A stretch of DNA of 57,931 bases from an uncultured Bacilli bacterium (GTDB lineage Bacteria; Bacillota_I; Bacilli_A; RF39; UBA660). The first letter of the stretch is position 1. Each line of letters opens with the position of its first letter. The notes beneath the pieces were generated by a model. It was not told the DNA's origin, did not search any database, and saw nothing but the letters and a program-made list of their open reading frames with translations. Position numbers and translations under genes: made by a program. Below, in pieces: positions 17,966 to 26,267 of the stretch. Location: contig CANQEJ010000003.1 of assembly GCA_947594925.1 (NCBI GenBank), positions 1-57,931 on the forward strand. The letters run 5' to 3'.

Positions 17966-18172
17966 ATGAGTAAGAAAGAAAAAGAACAAAAAGTAAGTAA
18001 AAGTAAACAAGGATTTTTCCATGGTATTAAAATGGAAATGAAAAAGGTTAAATGGCCTTCTTTTAAAGAAATAGTTAAGTATACTATTGCAACTATTATC
18101 GTATGTTTAATTGTTATTGCTTTTTTCCAAATATTAAATATCTTAATTTCATTAATTAAGGGGGTATTCTAA
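17966..18172 (+). CDS. secE: Preprotein translocase subunit SecE
   Basis: 68 aa; KKVKWPSFKEIVKYT followed by a single TM; immediately precedes nusG. Confidence 0.85.
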   Translation: MSKKEKEQKVSKSKQGFFHGIKMEMKKVKWPSFKEIVKYTIATIIVCLIVIAFFQILNILISLIKGVF

Positions 18173-18705
18173 TGGAAAAATTATGGTATGTTGTAAATAC
18201 TTACAGTGGCCATGAAAGTAAAGTAAAAGAAAAACTAGAAATGCGTGCAGAATCTATGGGCTTTCAAGATTACATTTTTAGAGTTATCGTACCAGAAACT
18301 ACCGAAGTTGAAATTAAAGATGGAGTAAAGAAAGAAAAAACTAAAAAAATGTTTCCCGGTTATATTTTAGTGGAAATGATTATGAGTGATGAAGCATGGT
18401 ATATTGTTCGTAATACGCCAGGTGTAACAGGGTTTATCGGTTCTTCTGGAAAAGGAGCAAAACCAACACCTTTACTTCCTCAAGAAATAGATAGAATATT
18501 AGCTAATATGGGTATGAGTAGACTTGATGATGATGTTAAATTAGATAAAGGTGATAAAGTCAGTATTATTGATGGGCCATTTAAAGGGATGGAAGGAACA
18601 ATTGATAATGTTGACTTAGAAAATAATCGTTTAAATGTTTTAATCGATTTATTTGGGCAGGAGACACCTGTTGAAGTTGAATTATTCCAAGTTAGTAAAC
18701 TATAA
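18172..18705 (+). CDS. nusG: Transcription termination/antitermination factor NusG
   Basis: WYVVNTYSGHE, MFPGYILVEM, VRNTPGVTGFIG, KOW motif GPFKGMEGTI. Confidence 0.95.
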   Translation: MEKLWYVVNTYSGHESKVKEKLEMRAESMGFQDYIFRVIVPETTEVEIKDGVKKEKTKKMFPGYILVEMIMSDEAWYIVRNTPGVTGFIGSSGKGAKPTPLLPQEIDRILANMGMSRLDDDVKLDKGDKVSIIDGPFKGMEGTIDNVDLENNRLNVLIDLFGQETPVEVELFQVSKL

Positions 18706-18728
18706 ACAGTATTTTTACTGTTTTTTTT
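18705..18728 (+). terminator. Rho-independent terminator after nusG
   Basis: aacagta / tactgtt stem followed by a T-run. Confidence 0.6.
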
Positions 18729-18786
18729 AAATTTAATTGTCATATTCTAGATTATTATGGTAAACTATATAGTAGGTGATATAGTA

Positions 18787-19359
18787 ATGAAGACAAATAC
18801 TATAAATAATAGAACAGTGGTTCTAGCTTCACTTTTATTGATGGTAGCATTTTTATTGATTGGGTTCTCTTATGCTTTTTGGTCAAGTAATTTTGAACAA
18901 ACAAAACAAAATGAAACCGATTATCAATGTTTTAATGTAACTTTTAAGGCTGGTGAGGCTGCTGTTTTTGAAAATGGCTATCCTCAAACAGATGAAGATG
19001 GCTTAAAAAATCCAGTATATACTGTATCTGTAAAAAATGAGTGTGATACATATACTAAATTTAATGTTATATATAATGTTTTAAATACATCTAGTACAGG
19101 ATTAGACCAATATATGCGTATTGGTGTAAACGGTACTGCTAAGAAATTAGATTCTCTTCCAACCGTAACTTCAACATTAGAGGGTGCCAATACAACTGCC
19201 TATGTTATTGATACAGGTGGACTAAAAAATGGTGAAACTAAAGAGTATAAAATAAATACTTGGATGGATGAAAATACTTCTGAAGAAGCTGGAGAAAATA
19301 AGAAATTTGAATATCGTATAACAATCGATACCCAAGCTGATTTTATGCCAACTGAATAA
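18787..19359 (+). CDS. Uncharacterised membrane-anchored/secreted protein (module A), paralogous to the N-terminal part of 27561..29138
   Basis: ATG 18787 lies 7 nt after AGGTGA. N-terminus MKTNTINNRTVVLASLLLMVAFLLIGFSYAFW. Shared blocks are listed in the findings. Confidence 0.7.
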   Translation: MKTNTINNRTVVLASLLLMVAFLLIGFSYAFWSSNFEQTKQNETDYQCFNVTFKAGEAAVFENGYPQTDEDGLKNPVYTVSVKNECDTYTKFNVIYNVLNTSSTGLDQYMRIGVNGTAKKLDSLPTVTSTLEGANTTAYVIDTGGLKNGETKEYKINTWMDENTSEEAGENKKFEYRITIDTQADFMPTE

Positions 19360-19379
19360 GCATTAATTAATGCTTTTTT
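19358..19379 (+). terminator. Rho-independent terminator after the inserted gene
   Basis: Palindrome aagcattaattaatgctt followed by T-run. Confidence 0.6.
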
Positions 19380-19393
19380 CTTTTGTTTTTCTC

Positions 19394-19422
19394 TTGATTA
19401 TTACAATTAGGTGTGCTAATAT
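19394..19422 (+). promoter_or_regulatory. Promoter for rplK-rplA
   Basis: TTGATT, 17 nt (ending TGc), TAATAT. Confidence 0.55.
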
Positions 19423-19456
19423 CTTAAGTGCAGTTATATATATTTATATAAGTGCC

Positions 19457-19492
19457 AAGTGGGAGGGAACGCGGATTTGCCCTATACCACTT
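19457..19492 (+). promoter_or_regulatory. Structured rplK leader, candidate L1-binding autoregulatory element
   Basis: AAGTGG...CCACTT stem encloses GGGAGGGAAC...GCCC. The position in the 5' UTR of the L11-L1 operon fits the known L1 autoregulation sites in bacilli. Confidence 0.35.
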
Positions 19493-19522
19493 TCGCGAAT
19501 TAAATACAAGGAGGTGTTTTTC

Positions 19523-20113
19523 GTGGCAAAAGAAGCCGTTAAGAAAATTAAGTTACAAATTCCTGCTGGTAAAGCGACACCTGCGCCACCAGTCGGTACA
19601 GTATTAGGACCTGCGGGAATTAATTTAGGAGAGTTCTGTACTAAATTTAATGATGCAACTAAAGATAAAATGGGTGATATTGTACCTGTAGAAATCTCTA
19701 TATATGAAGATAGGTCATTTGATTTTGTTTTAAAAACTCCACCTGCTGGTTTCTTAATCAAGAAAGCTGCTAAAATTCAAAAGGGTTCTCAAAAAGGTGC
19801 CAACCATGTTGTGGCAACAATTAGTCAAGCTGATTTAAAATCTATAGCTGAGACTAAGTTACCAGATTTAAATGCTTACGATGTTGATGCTGCTATGAAG
19901 ATTATTGAAGGTACAGCGCGTAATATGGGTGTTGCTATTGAGGGTCTTAATGATGCTGAACTTAAGGAACAAGAAAAAGAAGCAGAAGCTCATGAAGCAG
20001 AAATGGCTAAACGTGATGCTGAACTTGAAAAGATGGAACAAGAAGCAACTAGTGAACTTTCTGAAGTAGAAGTAATTACAGAAAAAGAAGAAAAAACTGA
20101 AGAAGAAAATTAA
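19523..20113 (+). CDS. rplK: 50S ribosomal protein L11 with a 55-aa acidic C-terminal extension
   Basis: GTG 19523 lies 9 nt after [23 protein letters not shown]...[13 protein letters not shown], then [24 protein letters not shown]...EKTEEEN. The ORF-track N-terminus (19370) is leader sequence. Confidence 0.9.
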   Translation: MAKEAVKKIKLQIPAGKATPAPPVGTVLGPAGINLGEFCTKFNDATKDKMGDIVPVEISIYEDRSFDFVLKTPPAGFLIKKAAKIQKGSQKGANHVVATISQADLKSIAETKLPDLNAYDVDAAMKIIEGTARNMGVAIEGLNDAELKEQEKEAEAHEAEMAKRDAELEKMEQEATSELSEVEVITEKEEKTEEEN

Positions 20114-20160
20114 TTTAAATAATACAAATCCGCTAATAAACCACAGTTAGGAGGGAAATA

Positions 20161-20859
20161 ATGAAAAAACATGGCAAAAAGTATGTGGAAGCTTCTAAAT
20201 CAATTGAAAAAAATAAGTTATATGATTTAAAAGAAGCGATTAAACTAGTTAAAAGTACCAGTACAACTAAATTTGATAGTACTATTGAAGTAGCTTTTAA
20301 ATTAAATGTTGATACGAAAAAAGCTGACCAACAATTAAGAGGCTCTTTAGTATTACCTCAAGGTTCTGGTAAAAGTCAAAAAGTATTAGTTATTGCCAAA
20401 GGTGAAGCTGCCCAAGCTGCTAAAGATGCTGGCGCAGATTATGTTGGTGATACTGATATGATTGAAAAAATTGAAAAAGAAAACTGGTTTGATTTTGATG
20501 TAATTGTTGCTACTCCGGAAATGATGCCTACATTAGGTAAGTTAGGACGTGTTTTAGGACCTAAAGGTTTAATGCCAAACCCTAAAACTGGAACAGTTAC
20601 AATGAATACTGCTAAGGCTGTTGAAGATATTAAAAAAGGTATGATTGAATACAAAACTGATACGTTTGGTAATGTTCATAGTATTGTTGGTAAATCATCA
20701 TTTAGTGAAGCAGCTTTAGAAGAAAATTTAGTGTATATTTATAATACAATTGTAAAAGCTAAACCACAAACAATTAAAGGAACCTATATTGAAAATATTA
20801 GTATTTCTAGCACAATGGGTCCTGGAATTAAAATTGATAAAAATTCTTTTGACAATTAA
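20161..20859 (+). CDS. rplA: 50S ribosomal protein L1
   Basis: KKYVEA...[14 protein letters not shown]...[14 protein letters not shown]...[15 protein letters not shown]. Confidence 0.95.
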   Translation: MKKHGKKYVEASKSIEKNKLYDLKEAIKLVKSTSTTKFDSTIEVAFKLNVDTKKADQQLRGSLVLPQGSGKSQKVLVIAKGEAAQAAKDAGADYVGDTDMIEKIEKENWFDFDVIVATPEMMPTLGKLGRVLGPKGLMPNPKTGTVTMNTAKAVEDIKKGMIEYKTDTFGNVHSIVGKSSFSEAALEENLVYIYNTIVKAKPQTIKGTYIENISISSTMGPGIKIDKNSFDN

Positions 20860-20877
20860 TTATTTATCACATATAAT
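20849..20877 (+). promoter_or_regulatory. Consensus promoter for rplJ-rplL
   Basis: TTGACA, 17 nt, TATAAT; overlaps the end of rplA. Confidence 0.6.
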
Positions 20878-21000
20878 AAATTTGTAAAAACGAAGTTACC
20901 ATAGACAGTAGGGGCGTAAGCTTAATCATCCTACCGAGGAAAACTTATTTTAGACGCAGTGTTTAAATTTTTAAGCTTTCCTTGTTATGGGAAAGTTTTT
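20878..21000 (+). promoter_or_regulatory. L10 (rplJ) leader with terminator-like attenuator hairpin
   Basis: GTAGG...CCTAC pairing, then aagctttcc/gggaaagtt hairpin plus T-run (20973-21000). The position matches the known L10(L12)4 leader of Bacillota. Confidence 0.55.
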
Positions 21001-21020
21001 AAATATATAAAGGAGGATAT

Positions 21021-21515
21021 ATGGCAAGCACAGAGAAACTTAAAGTTAAAAATGACATAGTTAAAAAGATTACAGAAAGCATTAAAAATAGTGAAGCAGT
21101 TATTTTAGTAAGTTATCAAGGTTTAACTGTGGCTGATTTAAGTGAATTAAGAATTAATCTAAGAAAATCTGATAGTGAACTTCGTATCTATAAAAATACT
21201 CTTGTTAAAAGAGCATTAGATGATTTAAAAATTAATTTAGATGAATTCTTAGAAGGTCCAAATGCGATTGTGTTTGGTAAAGATTTACTTGAACCAATTA
21301 AAGAAATTGCTAAATTTGCCAAAGACCATGAAAATTTAGAAATTCGTGTTGGTATCATTAGTGGTGAAGTTGCTGATATAAATGTTATTAATGAATATGC
21401 ATCTATCCCATCTATGGAAGGCTTGCTTACTATGCTAGCTAGAGGTATGATGGAACATGTTAGCAATTTAGCTATCGGACTTAATCTATATGCCGAAAAA
21501 CTAGAAGAAAATTAG
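21021..21515 (+). CDS. rplJ: 50S ribosomal protein L10
   Basis: [21 protein letters not shown], position between rplA and rplL. Confidence 0.95.
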   Translation: MASTEKLKVKNDIVKKITESIKNSEAVILVSYQGLTVADLSELRINLRKSDSELRIYKNTLVKRALDDLKINLDEFLEGPNAIVFGKDLLEPIKEIAKFAKDHENLEIRVGIISGEVADINVINEYASIPSMEGLLTMLARGMMEHVSNLAIGLNLYAEKLEEN

Positions 21516-21529
21516 AAAGGAAGAGAAAT

Positions 21530-21898
21530 ATGGCAAAAATTGAAAACAAAGATATTATTGAAGCTTTAAAAGAAAAAACTATTCTTGAAGTTAAAGAATT
21601 AGTTGATATGATGAAAGAAGAATTTGGAGTTGACCCATCTGCTGTAGCTGTTGCTGCTGCTCCAGCTGGTGCCGCTGAAGAAGCAGGAAGCACTACTAAA
21701 ACTGTAGTTTTAAAAGATGCTGGTGCTGCTAAGATTGCTGTTATCAAAGTTATTCGTGAAATTACTGGTCTTGGCTTAGTTGAAGCTAAAGGCTTAGCTG
21801 ATAATGGTGGAAATATCAAAGAAAACGTTAGCAATGATGAAGCTAATGAAATTAAAGCTAAATTAGAAGAAGCCGGAGCTACTGTAGAATTAGCTTAG
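21530..21898 (+). CDS. rplL: 50S ribosomal protein L7/L12
   Basis: [17 protein letters not shown], Ala-rich hinge, [17 protein letters not shown]. Confidence 0.95.
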   Translation: MAKIENKDIIEALKEKTILEVKELVDMMKEEFGVDPSAVAVAAAPAGAAEEAGSTTKTVVLKDAGAAKIAVIKVIREITGLGLVEAKGLADNGGNIKENVSNDEANEIKAKLEEAGATVELA

Positions 21899-21902
21899 TA
21901 AG

Positions 21903-21930
21903 AAAAACACAAAATAATTTGTGTTTTTTT
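21903..21930 (+). terminator. Rho-independent terminator after rplL
   Basis: aaaaacacaaa / tttgtgttttt stem followed by T-run. Confidence 0.7.
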
Positions 21931-21988
21931 CTTGTAACAAATACCCTTTTTAATATATAATAATATTATTGAAGGTAGAGTGATATAA

Positions 21989-22261
21989 ATGGCAAAAAAA
22001 ATAATTTGTACAATTTTAGTTATCGCAATGATTGCTTGGCTAAGTTTAGTTTTAATTGACTTTTTAAGAGTTAAAGAAAATAAAGAACCAAAGTTTTGCA
22101 TTAAAACGGAAACTGTTAAGCACTCAAATTCGCAAAAAACAGAAATATGTACAGGTTTAGGTTATAAAGTGCAAAATTATTATGATGATGGTAAACATAC
22201 TGCTACAGAATTTGGTCCTTTCTTTATAGCTGATAGATATGCTTCTGAAAAAGGAGAATAG
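21989..22261 (+). CDS. Small membrane-anchored protein B1 (hypothetical)
   Basis: MAKKIICTILVIAMIAWLSLVLIDF anchor followed by a Cys-pair ectodomain. First gene of a tightly packed 3-gene unit. Confidence 0.55.
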   Translation: MAKKIICTILVIAMIAWLSLVLIDFLRVKENKEPKFCIKTETVKHSNSQKTEICTGLGYKVQNYYDDGKHTATEFGPFFIADRYASEKGE

Positions 22262-22262
22262 T

Positions 22263-22712
22263 ATGAAGTTGGATAAAAAGGGCTGGGGTTTAGCCATGAT
22301 GATTGTATTTATGTCTATTTTACTAGCTTTTTTACTTTTAACTGTTATTATGGTTTATAATTTTTATCGTTATAAAGACAATATTTTTGATATGCAAAAT
22401 TCTTCACAACAGGAACCACAATTTGATAATCAAGTAATTCAAAGTAATATTCGTCGTTATCGTACTTATGAAAGCCGTATTAAACAAAATGCAATTACAT
22501 ATGCTTATACATATTATGTTGATATTCAAGAAGAAGGAACAAGAATTACAGTAGAAGAGATGGTAGATAAAAATATTATGACCGATTTACTCGACCCAGA
22601 AGATGGTAGTGTATGTACTGGTTATGCTGATTTAAAAATTGAAGATGGAAAAATAATTAGTACGCCATATTTAAGTTGTGAGAACTATGAAAGTGCTGGA
22701 TATGAGGGATAG
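22263..22712 (+). CDS. Small membrane-anchored protein B2 (hypothetical), paralogue of B3
   Basis: ATG 22263 lies 8 nt after AAGGAG. MKLDKKGWGLAMMIVFMSILLAFLLL. C-terminus DGSVCTGYADLKIEDGKIISTPYLSCENYESAGY. Confidence 0.6.
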   Translation: MKLDKKGWGLAMMIVFMSILLAFLLLTVIMVYNFYRYKDNIFDMQNSSQQEPQFDNQVIQSNIRRYRTYESRIKQNAITYAYTYYVDIQEEGTRITVEEMVDKNIMTDLLDPEDGSVCTGYADLKIEDGKIISTPYLSCENYESAGYEG

Positions 22713-22714
22713 TT

Positions 22715-23089
22715 ATGAGTAGTAAAAGTTCCATGAAACAGATGCGTCGCCTTAGTATTATTTGGGGGGCGATGTTGGTGATGATTGTTGGTCTTTTGAC
22801 AACTTTTGGTATAATTTTTAATAAAAAGAATAAGTTTTATAAGGATATGGAAAAAGATTTAGAGGTAGCATGTGAAAAATATGTTGACCATAGTTTTCTA
22901 TATCCAGAAGAAGGAAAAAGCTTAAAGGTAACTTATGCTACTTTAAAAGATAATGGTTTTATTGAAAAATTGAAAGTTGATAAAGATGAGTGTGATGGCT
23001 ACGTTGTTGTGAAAAGCAATGATATTGTTTATACCTATCATGGTTATATAAAATGTCCAGAATATAAAACTAAAAATTATAAAAAATAA
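22715..23089 (+). CDS. Small membrane-anchored protein B3 (hypothetical), paralogue of B2
   Basis: SD GAGGGA; RRLSIIWGAMLVMIVGLLTTFGIIF. C-terminus DKDECDGYVVVKSNDIVYTYHGYIKCPEYKTKNY. Confidence 0.6.
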   Translation: MSSKSSMKQMRRLSIIWGAMLVMIVGLLTTFGIIFNKKNKFYKDMEKDLEVACEKYVDHSFLYPEEGKSLKVTYATLKDNGFIEKLKVDKDECDGYVVVKSNDIVYTYHGYIKCPEYKTKNYKK

Positions 23090-23092
23090 CTG

Positions 23093-23121
23093 TTGACATT
23101 AAATTGGGGTAATGGTATATT
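23093..23121 (+). promoter_or_regulatory. Promoter for rpsL-rpsG-fusA-tuf
   Basis: TTGACA, 17 nt, TATATT. Confidence 0.6.
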
Positions 23122-23140
23122 ATTAATGATTTTTAAATTG

Positions 23141-23162
23141 AGGTTCTACGTAGGTAGAACCT
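23141..23162 (+). promoter_or_regulatory. Perfect 9-bp/4-nt-loop hairpin in the rpsL 5' UTR
   Basis: aggttctac gtag gtagaacct; no T-run follows. Confidence 0.4.
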
Positions 23163-23216
23163 AGTTTAATGAAATATAGGATACACCAGGTTGTGTGTAT
23201 ATGAGAGGAGGATATT

Positions 23217-23627
23217 ATGCCAACTATTAATCAACTTGTTAAAAAAGGAAGAAAAAGTAAAACATCAAAGAGTAAATCACCTGCTTTAAATAAGGGTTTC
23301 AATAGTATGACACGTCATGAAACTGATACTAAAAGCCCTCAAAAAAGAGGAGTATGTACTCGTGTAGGAACTAGAACACCAAAGAAACCTAACTCAGCTC
23401 TTCGTAAATTTGCACGTGTTAGACTTTCAAATGGACGTGAAGTAGATACTTATATTCCAGGTGAAGGACACAATTTACAAGAACATAGCGTAGTATTAGT
23501 ACGTGGTGGTCGTGTTAAAGATTTAATCGGTGTTCGTTATCACATTGTTCGTGGTACACTTGATACTCAAGGTGTTCAAAATAGAAAACAAGGTCGTAGT
23601 AAATACGGTACAAAAAGACCAAAATAA
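23217..23627 (+). CDS. rpsL: 30S ribosomal protein S12 (variant KDLIGVRYH)
   Basis: [12 protein letters not shown]..., [29 protein letters not shown]. Confidence 0.95.
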   Translation: MPTINQLVKKGRKSKTSKSKSPALNKGFNSMTRHETDTKSPQKRGVCTRVGTRTPKKPNSALRKFARVRLSNGREVDTYIPGEGHNLQEHSVVLVRGGRVKDLIGVRYHIVRGTLDTQGVQNRKQGRSKYGTKRPK

Positions 23628-23650
23628 TAAATAGTTAAGGAGGATAAAAT

Positions 23651-24118
23651 ATGCGTAAAAGACGTGCAATTAAAAGAGATGTCTTACCAGACCCTATATA
23701 TAATTCTAAAGTAGTTTCTAAACTTATTAATCAAATTATGCAAAAAGGTAAAAAAGGAACTGCTCAAAATATTTTATATGGAGCTTTTGATATTGTTAAA
23801 GAAAAAACTGGTAAAGACCCAATGGAAGTGTACAATCAAGCACTTGAAAATATTAAGCCAGCTCTAGAAGTTAAAACTCGTCGTGTTGGTGGTTCAAACT
23901 ATCAAGTACCAATTGAAGTAAATGATGAACGTTCCCAAACTTTAGCATTACGTTGGCTTGTTAATTATGCTAAGCTAAGAAATGGTAAAGGTATGGCTGA
24001 AAAGTTAGCAAACGAAATTATTGATGCTGCTAATGGAACAGGTGGAGCTGTTAAGAAACGTGAAGATACTCACAAGATGGCAGAAGCAAATAAAGCATTT
24101 GCTCATTATAGATGGTAG
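23651..24118 (+). CDS. rpsG: 30S ribosomal protein S7
   Basis: [16 protein letters not shown]..., [14 protein letters not shown], ends AFAHYRW. Confidence 0.95.
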   Translation: MRKRRAIKRDVLPDPIYNSKVVSKLINQIMQKGKKGTAQNILYGAFDIVKEKTGKDPMEVYNQALENIKPALEVKTRRVGGSNYQVPIEVNDERSQTLALRWLVNYAKLRNGKGMAEKLANEIIDAANGTGGAVKKREDTHKMAEANKAFAHYRW

Positions 24119-24127
24119 GAGAAATAT

Positions 24128-26200
24128 ATGGCAAGAGATGTTAGTTTAGACAAATTAAGAAATATCGGTATTATGGCTCATATCGACGCCGGAAAGACAA
24201 CTTTCACTGAAAGAGTTTTATTCCATACAGGTATTACTCATAAAATTGGTGAAACACATGATGGCGAAAGTCAAATGGACTGGATGGAACAAGAAAAGGA
24301 ACGTGGTATTACTATCACTTCTGCGGCCACTACAGCCCATTGGAAAGGATATCGTTTTAATATTATCGATACTCCCGGTCACGTCGACTTTACTATTGAA
24401 GTTCAACGTTCCCTAAGAGTTCTTGATGGTTCAATCTGTTTATTAGATGCTAATGCCGGAGTAGAACCGCAATCCGAAACTGTATGGCGTCAGGCTGATG
24501 AATTTAAAGTTCCCCGTATGATTTTCTGTAATAAGATGGATAAATTAGGCGCTGACTTTAATTTATGCTTAGATTCAATTGATAAACGTTTAAACGTTGT
24601 TGCTAAACCAATTGAGTGGCCAATCGGGGCTGAAAGTGACTTTAATGGAGTTATTGATTTAGTTACGATGAAAGCTTACCATTTTGACGGTAAGGAAGAA
24701 GAAAATTATGAAGAAATCGAAATACCTGCTGATTTAAAAGATTTAGCTGCTGAAAAAAGAATTGACTTAATTGAAACTGTAGCAGAGTATGACGATGAAT
24801 TAATGGAAAAATATTTGGAAGGTAATGAAGTTAGTATTGATTTAATCAAACGTGCTATCAGAACTGGTACTCTAGCTGCTAAATTTTTCCCAGTAATGTG
24901 TGGTAGTGCTCTATCTAACATGGGAGTTAAATTAGCTTTAGATGCTGTTATTGATTATTTACCTAGTCCAACTGATGTAGAAGCTATAGAGTGTATTGAT
25001 AAAGATGGTAATGATATTTTACGTCATCCATCTGATGATGAACCTTTTACAGCAATGGCTTTTAAAATTATGACTGACCCATTTGTAGGAAGACTTTCAT
25101 TTTTCCGTGTTTACTCTGGTAAACTTACGAGTGGTTCTTATGTATTAAATTCTACAAAGAACGAAAAGGAAAGAATTGGTCGTATCTTACAAATGCATGC
25201 TAATCAAAGAAAAGAAATTAGCGAAGTATATTGTGGAGAAATTGCTGCTGCTGTTGGTTTAAAAAATACAACAACTGCTGATACTTTATGTGATGAAAAA
25301 CATTTTGCTATCATGAAAGGTATGGAATTCCCAGAACCTGTTATTGACTTAGCAATTGAACCAAAAAGTAAAAGTGACCAAGATAAGATGGCAATGGCTT
25401 TACAAAAGCTTGCTGAAGAAGACCCAACATTTAGATATAAAACTGACTTAGAAACAGGTCAAACAGTTATTTCTGGTATGGGTGAATTACACTTAGAGGT
25501 ATTAGTAAGACGTATGAAAGATGAATTCAAAGTTGAAGCTAATATTGGTAAACCACAGGTTGCTTATCGTGAAACAATTACCCAAGCTGCTGAGTGTGAA
25601 GGTAAGTATATTAAACAATCTGGTGGACGTGGACAATATGGTCATGTTTGGATTAAATTTGAACCAAATAAAGATAAAGGTTATGAATTTGTTGACCAAG
25701 TTGTTGGTGGAGTAGTTCCTCGTGAATATATTCCGGTAACTGATAAAGGATTACAAGAAGCTATGGCAGGAGGTATCCTTGCTGGTTATCCAATGGTTGA
25801 TATTAAAGCAACTTTATATGATGGTTCATATCATGATGTCGATTCATCAGAAATGGCTTTCAAAATCGCTGCAAGTCTAGCTTTAAAAGAAGCTAAGAAT
25901 AAATGTAAACCAGTTCTTCTTGAACCAATTATGAAAGTTGATGTAGTTGTTCCAGAAGAATATATGGGTAATGTTATGGGTGATTTAACTAGCCGTCGTG
26001 GACGTCCACTTGGTCAAGAATCTCGTGGTAACGCTCTACAAATTTCCGCAATGGTACCACTTTCTGAAATGTTTGGTTATGCCACTAGTTTGCGTTCTAA
26101 TACACAAGGTAGAGGTAACTTTACAATGACAAATGACCACTATGAAGAAGTGCCAAAATCTATTGCTGAAGAAATCATCAAGAAAAACAGTATAAACTAA
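24128..26200 (+). CDS. fusA: Elongation factor G
   Basis: [30 protein letters not shown], 690 aa. Confidence 0.97.
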   Translation: MARDVSLDKLRNIGIMAHIDAGKTTFTERVLFHTGITHKIGETHDGESQMDWMEQEKERGITITSAATTAHWKGYRFNIIDTPGHVDFTIEVQRSLRVLDGSICLLDANAGVEPQSETVWRQADEFKVPRMIFCNKMDKLGADFNLCLDSIDKRLNVVAKPIEWPIGAESDFNGVIDLVTMKAYHFDGKEEENYEEIEIPADLKDLAAEKRIDLIETVAEYDDELMEKYLEGNEVSIDLIKRAIRTGTLAAKFFPVMCGSALSNMGVKLALDAVIDYLPSPTDVEAIECIDKDGNDILRHPSDDEPFTAMAFKIMTDPFVGRLSFFRVYSGKLTSGSYVLNSTKNEKERIGRILQMHANQRKEISEVYCGEIAAAVGLKNTTTADTLCDEKHFAIMKGMEFPEPVIDLAIEPKSKSDQDKMAMALQKLAEEDPTFRYKTDLETGQTVISGMGELHLEVLVRRMKDEFKVEANIGKPQVAYRETITQAAECEGKYIKQSGGRGQYGHVWIKFEPNKDKGYEFVDQVVGGVVPREYIPVTDKGLQEAMAGGILAGYPMVDIKATLYDGSYHDVDSSEMAFKIAASLALKEAKNKCKPVLLEPIMKVDVVVPEEYMGNVMGDLTSRRGRPLGQESRGNALQISAMVPLSEMFGYATSLRSNTQGRGNFTMTNDHYEEVPKSIAEEIIKKNSIN

Positions 26201-26267
26201 AATAATCCTTGAATTTTATTCAAGTATTAGATAAAATATTAATAGACATTTAAAAGGAGGAAGAAAA

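Noticed and set aside
19370-19522. The N-terminal 51 codons of the ORF-track version of rplK ([15 protein letters not shown]...).
   Set aside because: This stretch contains the promoter (19394-19422) and a structured leader. The canonical L11 N-terminus [17 protein letters not shown] starts at GTG 19523 with a perfect AAGGAGG SD.
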